From the NCBI RefSeq assembly GCF_004799515.1, contig NZ_SSMX01000041.1:12687-76686 (forward strand): a stretch of 64,000 nt of DNA, read 5' to 3'. Positions 1 through 10,120 of the stretch are shown in pieces. Source of the stretch: Phenylobacterium sp. (GTDB lineage: Bacteria; Pseudomonadota; Alphaproteobacteria; Caulobacterales; Caulobacteraceae). The position numbers and the translations under genes were made by a program. Below the pieces are notes generated by a model. It ran no database searches and was not told the origin of the DNA. It saw nothing but the letters and a program-made list of their open reading frames with translations. Positions within the stretch are counted from its first letter, which is position 1. Each line of letters begins with the position of its first letter.

Positions 1-213
1 GACCACGGCGGTCTCGCCCCGGCCCGGCGTGCGGGCGACCCGGCCGCGGCTGGGCGCCTCCAGCCCGGCCAGCAGGCGCATGGCGGTGGACTTGCCGCAG
101 CCCGACGGCCCGACCAGGGCCACGATCTCGCCGGCCCCGATCTCGAGGCTGAACGGCCCCAGCGCCCGCCGGCGCGGATAGTCCACCTCGACCTCGCTGA
201 GGGCGGCGATCAA
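1..213 (-). CDS. ABC transporter ATP-binding protein, NitT/TauT family (5' part; runs off window start)
   Basis: Manual translation from TTG at 213: MIAALSEVEVDYPRRRALGPFSLEIGAGEIVALVGPSGCGKSTAMRLLAG, containing Walker A GPSGCGKS; directly downstream of the binding-protein gene. Confidence 0.85.
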   Translation of the reverse strand, partial: MIAALSEVEVDYPRRRALGPFSLEIGAGEIVALVGPSGCGKSTAMRLLAGLEAPSRGRVARTPGRGETAVV

Positions 214-221
214 CCCCGCCT

Positions 222-1217
222 CTACTTCAGGAACTGCAGGGTGTAGCCCTGCTTGACGTCGAGGGTCTTGGGGTAGGCGCCCTGGCTGGCGGCGACGTCG
301 AAGATGGCGTTCCAGCGGACGTCGGTCATCGTCCCGACACCGGCAGCCTTGGCGTCGCCGCCGTCGACGATGGCGTAGGACTTCAGCTTGTCGCGCGCCT
401 GGTCCAGCACGTCCTGGGTCATCTCTGGATTGTCCTTCAGGATCAGGGCGTCGGCCGGCCTGGGATCGCCGTAGAGGTAGTCGCGCCAGCCCTGGGCCGT
501 GGCCTCGACGAAGGCCTTCACGGCGGCCGGGTCCTTGGCGATCAGGGTGTCGGGGGCCAGGATCATCGAGGCGTAGCCGGGGTAGCCGTTGTCGGCCAGC
601 AGGAAGACCACCGGCTTTTCGTGGGCCTGTTTCTCGATGGTGTAGGGCTCGCTGGTGACGTAGCCCTGTTGGGCGGCGCGCTTGTCGGCCAGGAACGGGC
701 CGTTGTTGAAGTCGTACTTGCGCACCTGGCCGTCGGTGAAGCCGTACTTGGCCTTCAGCCAGACCCACAGGCCGGTGATCGAGGCGTCGTCCAGCAGGAT
801 CGGGTGGCCCTTCAGGTCGGCCAGGGCGGCCACCCCGGTTCCGGGGTGGGCGAGCAGCACCTGCGGGTCCTTCTGGAACTCAGCGGCCACCGCCTTCACC
901 GGCACATGCGCCTGCACCAGATTCAGCACGATGAAGGGGTTGGAGCCGACGCCTAAGTCCACCGAGCCGGCGCCCAGGAGCTGCGGCACGTTCACGGCCG
1001 GGCCGCCCTGGACGATCTTCACGTCCAGGCCATGGCGGGCGTAGAGGCCCTCGGCCAGGGCTTCGTAGTAGCCGCCCTGTTCCGCCTCGGCCTTCCAGTC
1101 GGTGGCGAAACGGATCGGGGTGAGGCCGCCGGCTTTAGGCGCCTCGGCCTGCTTGGCCGGCGAACAGGCGGCCAGGGCCGCGGCGAGCGCGGCGGCGAGC
1201 GGAAGCAAGGATTTCAT
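222..1217 (-). CDS. ABC transporter substrate-binding lipoprotein, NMT1/THI5-like
   Basis: Lipobox LAAC; TDWKAEAEQGGYY, GLDVKIVQGGP, LADLKG and GYVTSEP segments typical of NMT1/SsuA-family proteins. Confidence 0.85.
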   Translation of the reverse strand: MKSLLPLAAALAAALAACSPAKQAEAPKAGGLTPIRFATDWKAEAEQGGYYEALAEGLYARHGLDVKIVQGGPAVNVPQLLGAGSVDLGVGSNPFIVLNLVQAHVPVKAVAAEFQKDPQVLLAHPGTGVAALADLKGHPILLDDASITGLWVWLKAKYGFTDGQVRKYDFNNGPFLADKRAAQQGYVTSEPYTIEKQAHEKPVVFLLADNGYPGYASMILAPDTLIAKDPAAVKAFVEATAQGWRDYLYGDPRPADALILKDNPEMTQDVLDQARDKLKSYAIVDGGDAKAAGVGTMTDVRWNAIFDVAASQGAYPKTLDVKQGYTLQFLK

Positions 1218-1312
1218 GCGCGTCCCCGGATGAGCCCGTGGAGGTTAAGGCGCTGCGCTCCGTGTTGGAAGATCGGCTTTCGCCTGCCCTGGTTGGCCTG
1301 CGGCGCATAGCA

Positions 1313-1575
1313 AGAGGGCGGCGCTCCGGTCGCCCGGGGCGTCGCCCTCTCATCCAGATCCGTTGGGGGATCTGTGCCTTCCAGGTCGATCGCGCCTTCG
1401 GTTCTCGGGCAAGCCCGATGGTTTTCCGTCGCGTCCGGTGTCTCAGGAAGTCCGTCCCGGGTCGCCCCGGTCCTCGCCTCTAGAAACCTCCTGCTCGCCT
1501 CTGCTTCTGGGTCCGCCGTTTCCGGCCTCTCCGTTCGCCCGCGCCGCAGTTCCTCTCGGCAAGGGAACGGTGCTC
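1313..1575 (-). ncRNA. Candidate structured non-coding RNA (family not recognised)
   Basis: No credible ORF; chain of stems at 1313-1350, 1355-1374, 1405-1418, 1457-1470, 1515-1526 and 1549-1568; loops read CUUG, GCGA and GAAA on the minus strand; that strand is purine-rich. Confidence 0.55.
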
Positions 1576-1601
1576 CCGATCCGGAAATCCGGCAAGCGGC
1601 G

Positions 1602-1711
1602 GAATCGCGAGGCTTGTGACTCAGCGGTCGAAAGCCTGTGGACGGACGGTTGATAAGCTGGGGTCCGTCACGGATTCCCTCAGCCTTTCCAAGGCCTGGA
1701 TCTATCCACAG
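1602..1711. promoter_or_regulatory. Putative regulatory region with DnaA-box-like inverted pair and three GANTC (CcrM) sites
   Basis: CTGTGGA 1636-1642 and TCCACAG 1705-1711; CTATCCACA 1702-1710 is one mismatch from TTATCCACA; GANTC at 1602, 1618 and 1673; GACGGAC/GTCCGTC inverted repeat 1641-1669. Confidence 0.4.
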
Positions 1712-1726
1712 AAAGCCGCGGAACCG

Positions 1727-3547
<1,821 letters not shown>

Positions 3548-3607
3548 TGAGCGGCTGGAGATAAAGCCCCCAGCCGGCAATGCAAGACGGGCTGGGGGAA
3601 GACGGCC

Positions 3608-3946
3608 TTATGGCGCCTTGTCGCCGCTCGGGCTGTTGCCGCCGTTGAAGCGGCCGAACCGCTGCGACATGAGGACGGCCAGGATGAAGCCGCCGGCGAA
3701 GGCCGCGCCGGCGTCCAGCGGCGCCCGGATGTCGAAGGCGCCGATCTTGCCGAGCAGCAGCCAGGCCAGCGCCACGTTCGCCGCGCCCCACAGCGCGTTG
3801 GTGCGCGAGGTGGACAACCCCTGGCCCGGCGGATGCGCGAAGGGCGACTGGAACGGTTTGCCCTGCAGGCCGGCGACCAGGTGCGGCAGGGCGTTGGTCA
3901 GGAAGGCGCCGCCGAAGAAATAGGCGATCTCATGCAGCCAGTTCAT
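3608..3946 (-). CDS. Small membrane protein, unknown function
   Basis: 112 aa, three hydrophobic segments, GC-typical codon usage, AGGAG-like RBS upstream. Confidence 0.7.
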   Translation of the reverse strand: MNWLHEIAYFFGGAFLTNALPHLVAGLQGKPFQSPFAHPPGQGLSTSRTNALWGAANVALAWLLLGKIGAFDIRAPLDAGAAFAGGFILAVLMSQRFGRFNGGNSPSGDKAP

Positions 3947-4039
3947 GTGCGGGCTCCTCCGGCTTAGGCTTGGGCGGCGCGGACGGCCTCGGCCATCCCC
4001 CCCTCGACCCGCGCCGTCTGCGAGCCTAGATCAAGCCGC

Positions 4040-4501
4040 ATGGCTGGCGAACCCTTCTGGCGACGCAAGACGCTCGAGCAGATGACCGCCCAGGAATGGG
4101 AGAGCCTCTGTGACGGCTGCGGCCTGTGCTGCCTGGTGCGTTTCGAGGAGGAGGACACCGGCGAGGTCGTGCCCACCCGCGTGCACTGCAAGCTGTTCGA
4201 CGCGCAGGCCTGCGTCTGCACCGACTACGCCAACCGCCAGCAATATGTGCCCGACTGCGTGAAGCTGACCCCGGGCAACATCGAGACGCTGGCCTGGATG
4301 CCGCTCTCCTGCGCCTACCGCCGGCTGCACGAGGGCCGTGACCTGGCCGACTGGCACCCGCTGATCTCCGGCGATCCCGAGAGCGTCCACCGCGCCGGGG
4401 TCTCGGTGCGCGGCCAGACCCTCAACGAGGACGCCCTGGCCGAGCCGGAAGACGCCCTGGACTTCGCCGCTCCCGACCTGATCGCCGAGCGGGGGCGCTA
4501 G
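4040..4501 (+). CDS. ycgN: YcgN family cysteine-cluster protein (UPF0260)
   Basis: WESLCDGCGLCCL, C..Y.NR...VPDC, WMPLSCAYRRL and WHPLISGDPESVH motifs. Confidence 0.9.
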   Translation: MAGEPFWRRKTLEQMTAQEWESLCDGCGLCCLVRFEEEDTGEVVPTRVHCKLFDAQACVCTDYANRQQYVPDCVKLTPGNIETLAWMPLSCAYRRLHEGRDLADWHPLISGDPESVHRAGVSVRGQTLNEDALAEPEDALDFAAPDLIAERGR

Positions 4502-4938
4502 GCCGTCGCGGACCGCATGGCCTTGGGCGGATCGCCGTAGCGATTGGGTTGCGGGCTTCCCTTCAGGACGCCCACCGCCAGGAGGAACAGCAGGAGCCCC
4601 CAGAGCACCACATCTTCTGAAAGCAGAGCGCCGGTGGACCCTCGTCCAAATTCCGCTGCGGCGGCGGCGACCACCAACAACGCGACCGCCAATGGAAGGA
4701 GCATCCACCAACCGCTGCGACCCAGATCGTGCAGGCGTTTGGTCAAGCTAAAGACACTGACGACCCAGTTCGCCACGAAGAATGGCGCGAGCAGCAGCAA
4801 CATGAGTTCGCTCGGAAACAGTGTTGCTGTCGCCTTGAGGCACGCCGCGAACACCCCCGTCAAAAGCTGCACGGTCCAGAAGGTGGTCCGGTCAACCCGG
4901 CCTTTGCCCGAAAACAGGCTTTTCCAATCGAGTGGCAT
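4498..4938 (-). CDS. DUF805 (YhaH-like) inner-membrane protein
   Basis: FSGKGRVDRTTFW, KRLHDLGRSGWW and GSPQPNRYG motifs; start placed at MPLDWK. Confidence 0.85.
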   Translation of the reverse strand: MPLDWKSLFSGKGRVDRTTFWTVQLLTGVFAACLKATATLFPSELMLLLLAPFFVANWVVSVFSLTKRLHDLGRSGWWMLLPLAVALLVVAAAAAEFGRGSTGALLSEDVVLWGLLLFLLAVGVLKGSPQPNRYGDPPKAMRSATA

Positions 4939-5099
4939 GTCTGTCCCCCAAACAGTGCGGAACAAATTAAGAACCACCGCGCCCAGCTTGGCAATGGGCG
5001 CCTCTGTGTCTTTTGCGCCACACAAACCCTTGCGTGCGGAACCGAAGCGACCAATCTAAAGGTATCCGACCATCACGCGTTCAAAGGGCTGAATCCAAG

Positions 5100-6047
5100 T
5101 TGGCGAGCGACCCGTATCAGGTCCTGGGCGTCACGCGCTCGGCGAGCGCGGACGAGATCCGCAAGGCGTTCCGCAAGCTCGCCAAGGCCAACCACCCCGA
5201 CACCAATCCGGACAACAAGGCCGCCGAGGAGCGCTTCAAGCAGGTCAGCGGCGCCTTCGACATCCTGGGCGACGCCGAGAAGAAGAAGAAGTTCGACGCC
5301 GGCGAGATCGACGCCGACGGGCGCGAGACCTTCGCGGGCTTCGGCCGCGGTCAGGGCGCCGGCGGTCCCTGGGGCCCGCCGCCCGGCGGCGGGGCCTATG
5401 GCGCGCACGGCGCGAGCTTCGAGGGCGTCGACCTGAGCGACATCCTGGGCGAGATGTTCGGCGGCGCGCGGGGCGGCGGGCGTCCCGGCGGCGGCCAGGG
5501 CGGCGGCTTCGGCGGCTTCTCCCAGCGCGGGGCCGACGTGCGCGCGCGCCTGGAGATCGACCTCGAGGAGGCGATCAAGGGCGGCAAGAAGCGCATCGCC
5601 TTCTCCGACGGCCGCACCATCGACGTGACCATCCCCAAAGGCGCCCTGGAGGGCCAGACGCTGCGGTTGAAGGGCCAGGGCTCGCCCGGCCGCGCCGGCC
5701 CCGGCGACGCCTTCATCGAGCTGGCCATCGCCCCGCACCCGGTCTTCCGCCGCGAGGGCGAGCTCCTGGTGATGGACGTGCCGGTGACGGTCTACGACGC
5801 CGTCCTCGGCGGCAAGGCCGAGGCGCCGACCCCCGACGGACCGGTGACGCTGACCATCCCCAAGGGCGCCAACACCGGGACCCGGCTGCGGCTGAAGGGC
5901 CGGGGCCTGGCCGATGCGCGCGGCGTGCGCGGCGACCTCTTCGCGCGCCTGGTGGTCACCCTGCCGGAAACGCCTGACGCCGCGCTGGAAGCCTTCGCCG
6001 AGGCCTGGCGGCGCGACCGGCCCTACGCCCCCAAACGGCGCGGCTGA
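5100..6047 (+). CDS. DnaJ-class co-chaperone without zinc finger (CbpA-like)
   Basis: DPYQVLGV...HPD J-domain, G/F-rich linker, DnaJ C-terminal repeats (LRLKGQG, LRLKGRG); TTG start at 5100. Confidence 0.9.
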   Translation: MASDPYQVLGVTRSASADEIRKAFRKLAKANHPDTNPDNKAAEERFKQVSGAFDILGDAEKKKKFDAGEIDADGRETFAGFGRGQGAGGPWGPPPGGGAYGAHGASFEGVDLSDILGEMFGGARGGGRPGGGQGGGFGGFSQRGADVRARLEIDLEEAIKGGKKRIAFSDGRTIDVTIPKGALEGQTLRLKGQGSPGRAGPGDAFIELAIAPHPVFRREGELLVMDVPVTVYDAVLGGKAEAPTPDGPVTLTIPKGANTGTRLRLKGRGLADARGVRGDLFARLVVTLPETPDAALEAFAEAWRRDRPYAPKRRG

Positions 6048-6155
6048 CCCGCGATCGCCGGCCCCCTTCAGAACCCGGCGTGACAGCCGCGGCGGCGCGT
6101 CCCATAAGCTCGACGTTCAGGCCCGGTTCAGTCCCGGGCGAACAGGGTCGACGCC

Positions 6156-6452
6156 ATGATGCGCCCGCTTGTCCTCGCCGCCGCCCTCATCCTCAGCGCC
6201 GCGTCCGTGGGAGCGCCCTCTGCGTCGTGGGCCGGCCAGGAGCAGGCGGCGCACGAGGCGCCGGCCGGCGGCCAGGCGCCGCTGGCGCGGGTGCTGAAGG
6301 AGCTCGGCCAGCGTTACAAGGGTAAGCAGCTCAACACGACCATGGGCGAGGCGGCCGGCAAGCCGGTCTATCTCGTCCAGTGGCAGCTGCCCAACGGCCG
6401 GATCACGGTGTTCACGGTGGACGCCCACACCGGCCAGGTGCTGAGCCAGTAG
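6156..6452 (+). CDS. Small exported PepSY-like protein
   Basis: Signal peptide; C-terminal VYLVQW...VFTVDAHTGQVL PepSY-type ending; first gene of the TCS operon. Confidence 0.7.
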   Translation: MMRPLVLAAALILSAASVGAPSASWAGQEQAAHEAPAGGQAPLARVLKELGQRYKGKQLNTTMGEAAGKPVYLVQWQLPNGRITVFTVDAHTGQVLSQ

Positions 6453-6465
6453 AGGGAAGCGACCC

Positions 6466-7158
6466 ATGCGCATCCTGCTTGTGGAAGACGATCCGGACCT
6501 GTCGCGGCAGCTGAAGCTGGCGCTGGCCGACGCCGGCTATGCGGTGGACCACGCCCCGGACGGCGAGGAGGCCCAGTTCCTGGGCGAGACCGAGCCCTAT
6601 GACGCCATCATCCTGGACCTCGGCCTGCCCAAGGTGGACGGGGTCTCGGTGCTGGAGCGTTGGCGGCGCGAGAACATGGCCACGCCCGTCCTGATCCTCA
6701 CCGCCCGCGGCGCCTGGAGCGAGAAGGTGGCGGGCTTCGACGCCGGCGCCGACGACTATCTGACCAAGCCCTTCCACACCGAGGAGTTGCTGGCCCGCCT
6801 GCGCGCGCTGCTGCGCCGCTCCGCCGGCCATGCGGCCCCGAACCTGTCCTGCGGCGGCCTCAGGCTGGATCCACGCGCCGCCCGGGCCAGCGTCAACGGC
6901 GAGCCCCTGCGGCTGACCTCGCTGGAGTACCGCCTGCTGCATTACATGATGATGCACCAGGGCCGGGTGATCAGCCGCACGGAGCTGGTCGAGCACCTCT
7001 ACGACCAGGACTTCGACCGCGACTCGAACACCATCGAGGTGTTCATCGGCCGGGTGCGCAAGAAGATCGGTTCGGACCGCATCGAGACCATGCGCGGCCT
7101 GGGCTATCGCCTGACCTGCCCCGACGAGGAACGCGGCGGCGAGGCGCAGGCCTCCTGA
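6466..7158 (+). CDS. OmpR/PhoP-family response regulator (FeuP-like)
   Basis: MRILLVEDD, LDLGLP, GADDYLTKPF receiver domain; winged helix NTIEVFIGRVRKK, ETMRGLGY. Confidence 0.9.
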   Translation: MRILLVEDDPDLSRQLKLALADAGYAVDHAPDGEEAQFLGETEPYDAIILDLGLPKVDGVSVLERWRRENMATPVLILTARGAWSEKVAGFDAGADDYLTKPFHTEELLARLRALLRRSAGHAAPNLSCGGLRLDPRAARASVNGEPLRLTSLEYRLLHYMMMHQGRVISRTELVEHLYDQDFDRDSNTIEVFIGRVRKKIGSDRIETMRGLGYRLTCPDEERGGEAQAS

Positions 7159-8552
7159 TGCGGCTGCCGGCGGCGCTGGGCGCGTCGTCGCTGGCGCGGC
7201 GGCTGGTGCTGCTGGCGCTGACCTGGAGCCTTGGGGCCCTGGTGGTCACCGCGCTGGTCATGGGCCTGTTGTTCCAGCGCGCCGCGATCCGCCGGGTCGA
7301 CGAGACCCTGAGCGACCTGATCACCAACCTCGCCGCCTATTCCGAGGTCGGGGACGACGGCGAGGTCTTCGCCCCGCCGTTCACCGACCAGAAGGCGCTG
7401 CTCACCTACTCCGGCCGCTACTGGGAGCTGGCGGAGCCTACAGCGGACGGGCGCATCCAGCCGATCGCCGACCAGCGGTCACACTCCCTGTTCGACACGG
7501 TGCTCACGACCCCGGCGGACCTCGAGGCGCGGCTGAAGGCCCGGCCCGGGCGGACGGTGTCCTATGACACCCGCGGGCCGAAGGACGAGCCCCTGCGGGC
7601 GCGGGCGCAGCAGAACCTGCTGCCGGGGCGCAAGGCGCCGGTGATCTTCCTGGCGGCGGAGGACCGCAGTTCGGTCGACCGCGACGTCTCGAACTTCGTG
7701 GTCGCCACCTCGGCGGCCTTCCTGCTGCTGGCGGCCCTGCTGGTGGTGGCCATCGTCATCCAGGTGCGGGTGGGCCTGCGGCCGCTGTTCGACCTCCGGA
7801 ACGAGGTGGCCGCCGTGCGCCGCGGCAAGGCCCAGCGGCTGGCCGAGACCTATCCCAGCGAACTGATGCCGCTGGCCCACGAGCTCAACGCCCTGGTGGC
7901 GCACAACCAGGAAGTGGTCGAGCGCCAGCGCACCCACGTGGGCAACCTGGCGCATGCGCTGAAGACCCCGATCTCGGTGATGGCCACAGAAGCCGCCCAG
8001 CGCCCCGGCCCGCTGGCCGAGGTGGTCACCCGCCAGGCCGACGCCATGCAGAAGCAGGTGGACCACCACCTGCGCCGCGCCCGCGCCGCCGCCCGCACGC
8101 AAGGGCAGGGCGAGCGCACCTCGGTGGCCGAGGTGCTGGACGAGCTGTCGCGCACGATCGGCCGCATCTTCCGCGACAAGATCGCCATCGACTGGGACGC
8201 CGACGAGGCGCTGTTCTTCCTGGGGGAGCGGCAGGACCTGATGGAGATCGCCGGCAACGCCATCGAGAACGCCTGCAAATGGGGCCGCTCCAAAGTGCGG
8301 GTCCGCGCCGACGCCGCCGGTCCCGAGCGCTTCCGCCTGCTGGTCGAGGACGACGGCCAGGGCCTGCCGCCCGACCGCCGCGCTGAGGTGCTGCGCCGCG
8401 GGACCCGGCTGGACGAGACCGCGCCGGGCTCGGGCCTGGGGCTCTCGATCATCGACGAACTGGCCCGGGCCTACGGCGGCGTTTTGTCGCTGACGGATTC
8501 GCCGCTCGGCGGCCTGCGCCTTGAGGCCGACCTGCCACGCGCAGAGGACTGA
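7158..8552 (+). CDS. Sensor histidine kinase (FeuQ/PhoQ-like)
   Basis: ATG overlaps the upstream TGA; two TM segments, HAMP, H-box LAHALKTP, GNAIENACK, EDDGQG, GSGLGLSI. Confidence 0.9.
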   Translation: MRLPAALGASSLARRLVLLALTWSLGALVVTALVMGLLFQRAAIRRVDETLSDLITNLAAYSEVGDDGEVFAPPFTDQKALLTYSGRYWELAEPTADGRIQPIADQRSHSLFDTVLTTPADLEARLKARPGRTVSYDTRGPKDEPLRARAQQNLLPGRKAPVIFLAAEDRSSVDRDVSNFVVATSAAFLLLAALLVVAIVIQVRVGLRPLFDLRNEVAAVRRGKAQRLAETYPSELMPLAHELNALVAHNQEVVERQRTHVGNLAHALKTPISVMATEAAQRPGPLAEVVTRQADAMQKQVDHHLRRARAAARTQGQGERTSVAEVLDELSRTIGRIFRDKIAIDWDADEALFFLGERQDLMEIAGNAIENACKWGRSKVRVRADAAGPERFRLLVEDDGQGLPPDRRAEVLRRGTRLDETAPGSGLGLSIIDELARAYGGVLSLTDSPLGGLRLEADLPRAED

Positions 8553-8634
8553 AAGATCAAGGCTTTCGTATAACCTTAACCCTCGCGGGCGCAGGTTCCA
8601 GCCTTGCGGAACGGTGTTCCGTGAGGAGGGTTCG

Positions 8635-10041
8635 ATGGTCGCCCTGTCCGACCGCAAGCTGAAGATCGTCAGGACCCTGGTCGAAACCGCCCCCGACCGG
8701 ATCGTCGGCGGCCTGCGCCTGGCGCTGGCGGAGTCGCAAGGCGACAGCGTGCTCTCCAGCGTCCGCCAGCTGGTGGAGGCCGAGTCCCGCGACCGGCTGC
8801 TGCGAAACGCCGTCTTCCAGCCGGTGACGCCGCTGTTCGTGGGCGACGGCTCCGACACCCATGGCCTGGTCTTCCCGGTCGCCGCCCTGACCGCGATCTG
8901 GCGCGGGCTGAGGGCGCTGGCGCCCGGGCAGATGGCGGCCGCCGCCAACGCCTGGGCCGCCGTCGCCGCCGCCGAGGCGGCCGAGCAGCAGCAGCGCATC
9001 CCCGATCCCGCCGCCGCCTTCAACGCCGTCGTCCAGGTGGCCGCCGGCGCCCTGCGTAGCGTCGACGTCGCCGAGTTCCACGCCGCCGCCGAGCTGTGCG
9101 ACCGGGCCCGCCCCGGCGGCGCGGCGTCGCTCGCCGCCTGCCTGGACATCGCCCCCATCGTGCGCCGCGCCCTGCCGCGCCTCGACGACTGGATCGCCCA
9201 GAGCGGCGACGAGGTCAGCGCCCCGGCCCGGGTCGCCTACAAGGACGCGGTGGCGGTCTCCGAAGACGCCGGCCCGCGGTTCTTCGAGATGCTGGCCGGC
9301 CAGCTCGATCCGCCCTGGATGGTGCTCCGGATCATCTCGGCGATCATGGACAAGCCCACCGAACGCTACCTGGCGCAGTCCGAGCTGGGCGGCTTCCCCG
9401 AGCGGGTGATGGCGGCGATCGATGAATCCCTGACCGCGGTCGCCAAGCTGGACCTCGACGGCGGCCCGGAGGCCGGCCGGGCGGCCGGGCGGCGCGTCAC
9501 CCTGGTGACCGAGCAGACCTTCGAGCTGGAGACCTGCATCGAGCTCACCCGTGACCACGGCTGGGGCCACCGCATCGTCGGCCAGAAGAAGGCGCTGGCC
9601 AGCGTGGTGGAGGGCCGGCTGCGGGAGGCGGAGAAGGCCGTGGCCGAGGCGCTGCCGATGCTGACGCCGGGCTTCTCGCGGCCGCGCAAGACCGGGCCGA
9701 AGCTGGACGAGCCGCCCCCGCCGCGCGCCGTGGGCCGAGCGGTGACCCTGATGAGCTTCGTCCACGAGATTCGGCTGTGCGCCAACTACGGCGGCTTCTC
9801 GGCGGCCTATACGAAGACCACGGAGAAGATCGCCACCGCCATGGACCACTATGTGGAGGAGGTGCTGGACCACCTACGCACCGGCGACGTGGCCGACGTG
9901 GGCCTGGCGCAGGGCTTCCTGGCGATCGCCGCCGACGTCACGGGCCTGGTGCGCGACGACAAGGCCGCCGAGCTGGTGCGCCGCCGCGCCGCCAGCGCCA
10001 GCCTCACGCCGCCGGACGCCCCCGTGATGCTCGACGCGTGA
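8635..10041 (+). CDS. Conserved hypothetical protein (468 aa, predicted helical)
   Basis: Long ORF with typical codon usage; GAGGAGG RBS before MVALSDRK; no recognisable motif. Confidence 0.75.
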   Translation: MVALSDRKLKIVRTLVETAPDRIVGGLRLALAESQGDSVLSSVRQLVEAESRDRLLRNAVFQPVTPLFVGDGSDTHGLVFPVAALTAIWRGLRALAPGQMAAAANAWAAVAAAEAAEQQQRIPDPAAAFNAVVQVAAGALRSVDVAEFHAAAELCDRARPGGAASLAACLDIAPIVRRALPRLDDWIAQSGDEVSAPARVAYKDAVAVSEDAGPRFFEMLAGQLDPPWMVLRIISAIMDKPTERYLAQSELGGFPERVMAAIDESLTAVAKLDLDGGPEAGRAAGRRVTLVTEQTFELETCIELTRDHGWGHRIVGQKKALASVVEGRLREAEKAVAEALPMLTPGFSRPRKTGPKLDEPPPPRAVGRAVTLMSFVHEIRLCANYGGFSAAYTKTTEKIATAMDHYVEEVLDHLRTGDVADVGLAQGFLAIAADVTGLVRDDKAAELVRRRAASASLTPPDAPVMLDA

Positions 10042-10120
10042 CATTTCAGGGCAATGCCCCCGGGCTACGAAGCGGTATGACGCACTCGCGCTCCGCCCGG
10101 CTTTCGGCTACACGCGCCGG

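Noticed and set aside
1340-1470. TPP riboswitch upstream of the NMT1/THI5-like ABC operon (minus strand has CTGAGA and GACCTG)
   Set aside because: The P4/P5 core (CCUGAU-CnGG-nUAAU-nCC-nGCG-nAGG) and P1 pairing are absent; only isolated hexamers match.
1602-1711. Chromosomal replication origin
   Set aside because: Only one near-consensus DnaA box, no AT-rich unwinding element, no full CtrA sites, and no hemE/dnaA/parAB context.
1310-1720. RNase P RNA, tmRNA, SRP, 6S or 5S rRNA in the first intergenic gap
   Set aside because: Diagnostic motifs not found (e.g. GAGGAAAGUCC for rnpB, tRNA-like ends for tmRNA, TCAGGTCCGGAAGGAAGCAGC for SRP).
4560-5090. Lower-GC stretch as a mobile element remnant
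   Set aside because: Explained by the intact DUF805 gene and divergent promoter region; no repeats or transposase fragments seen.
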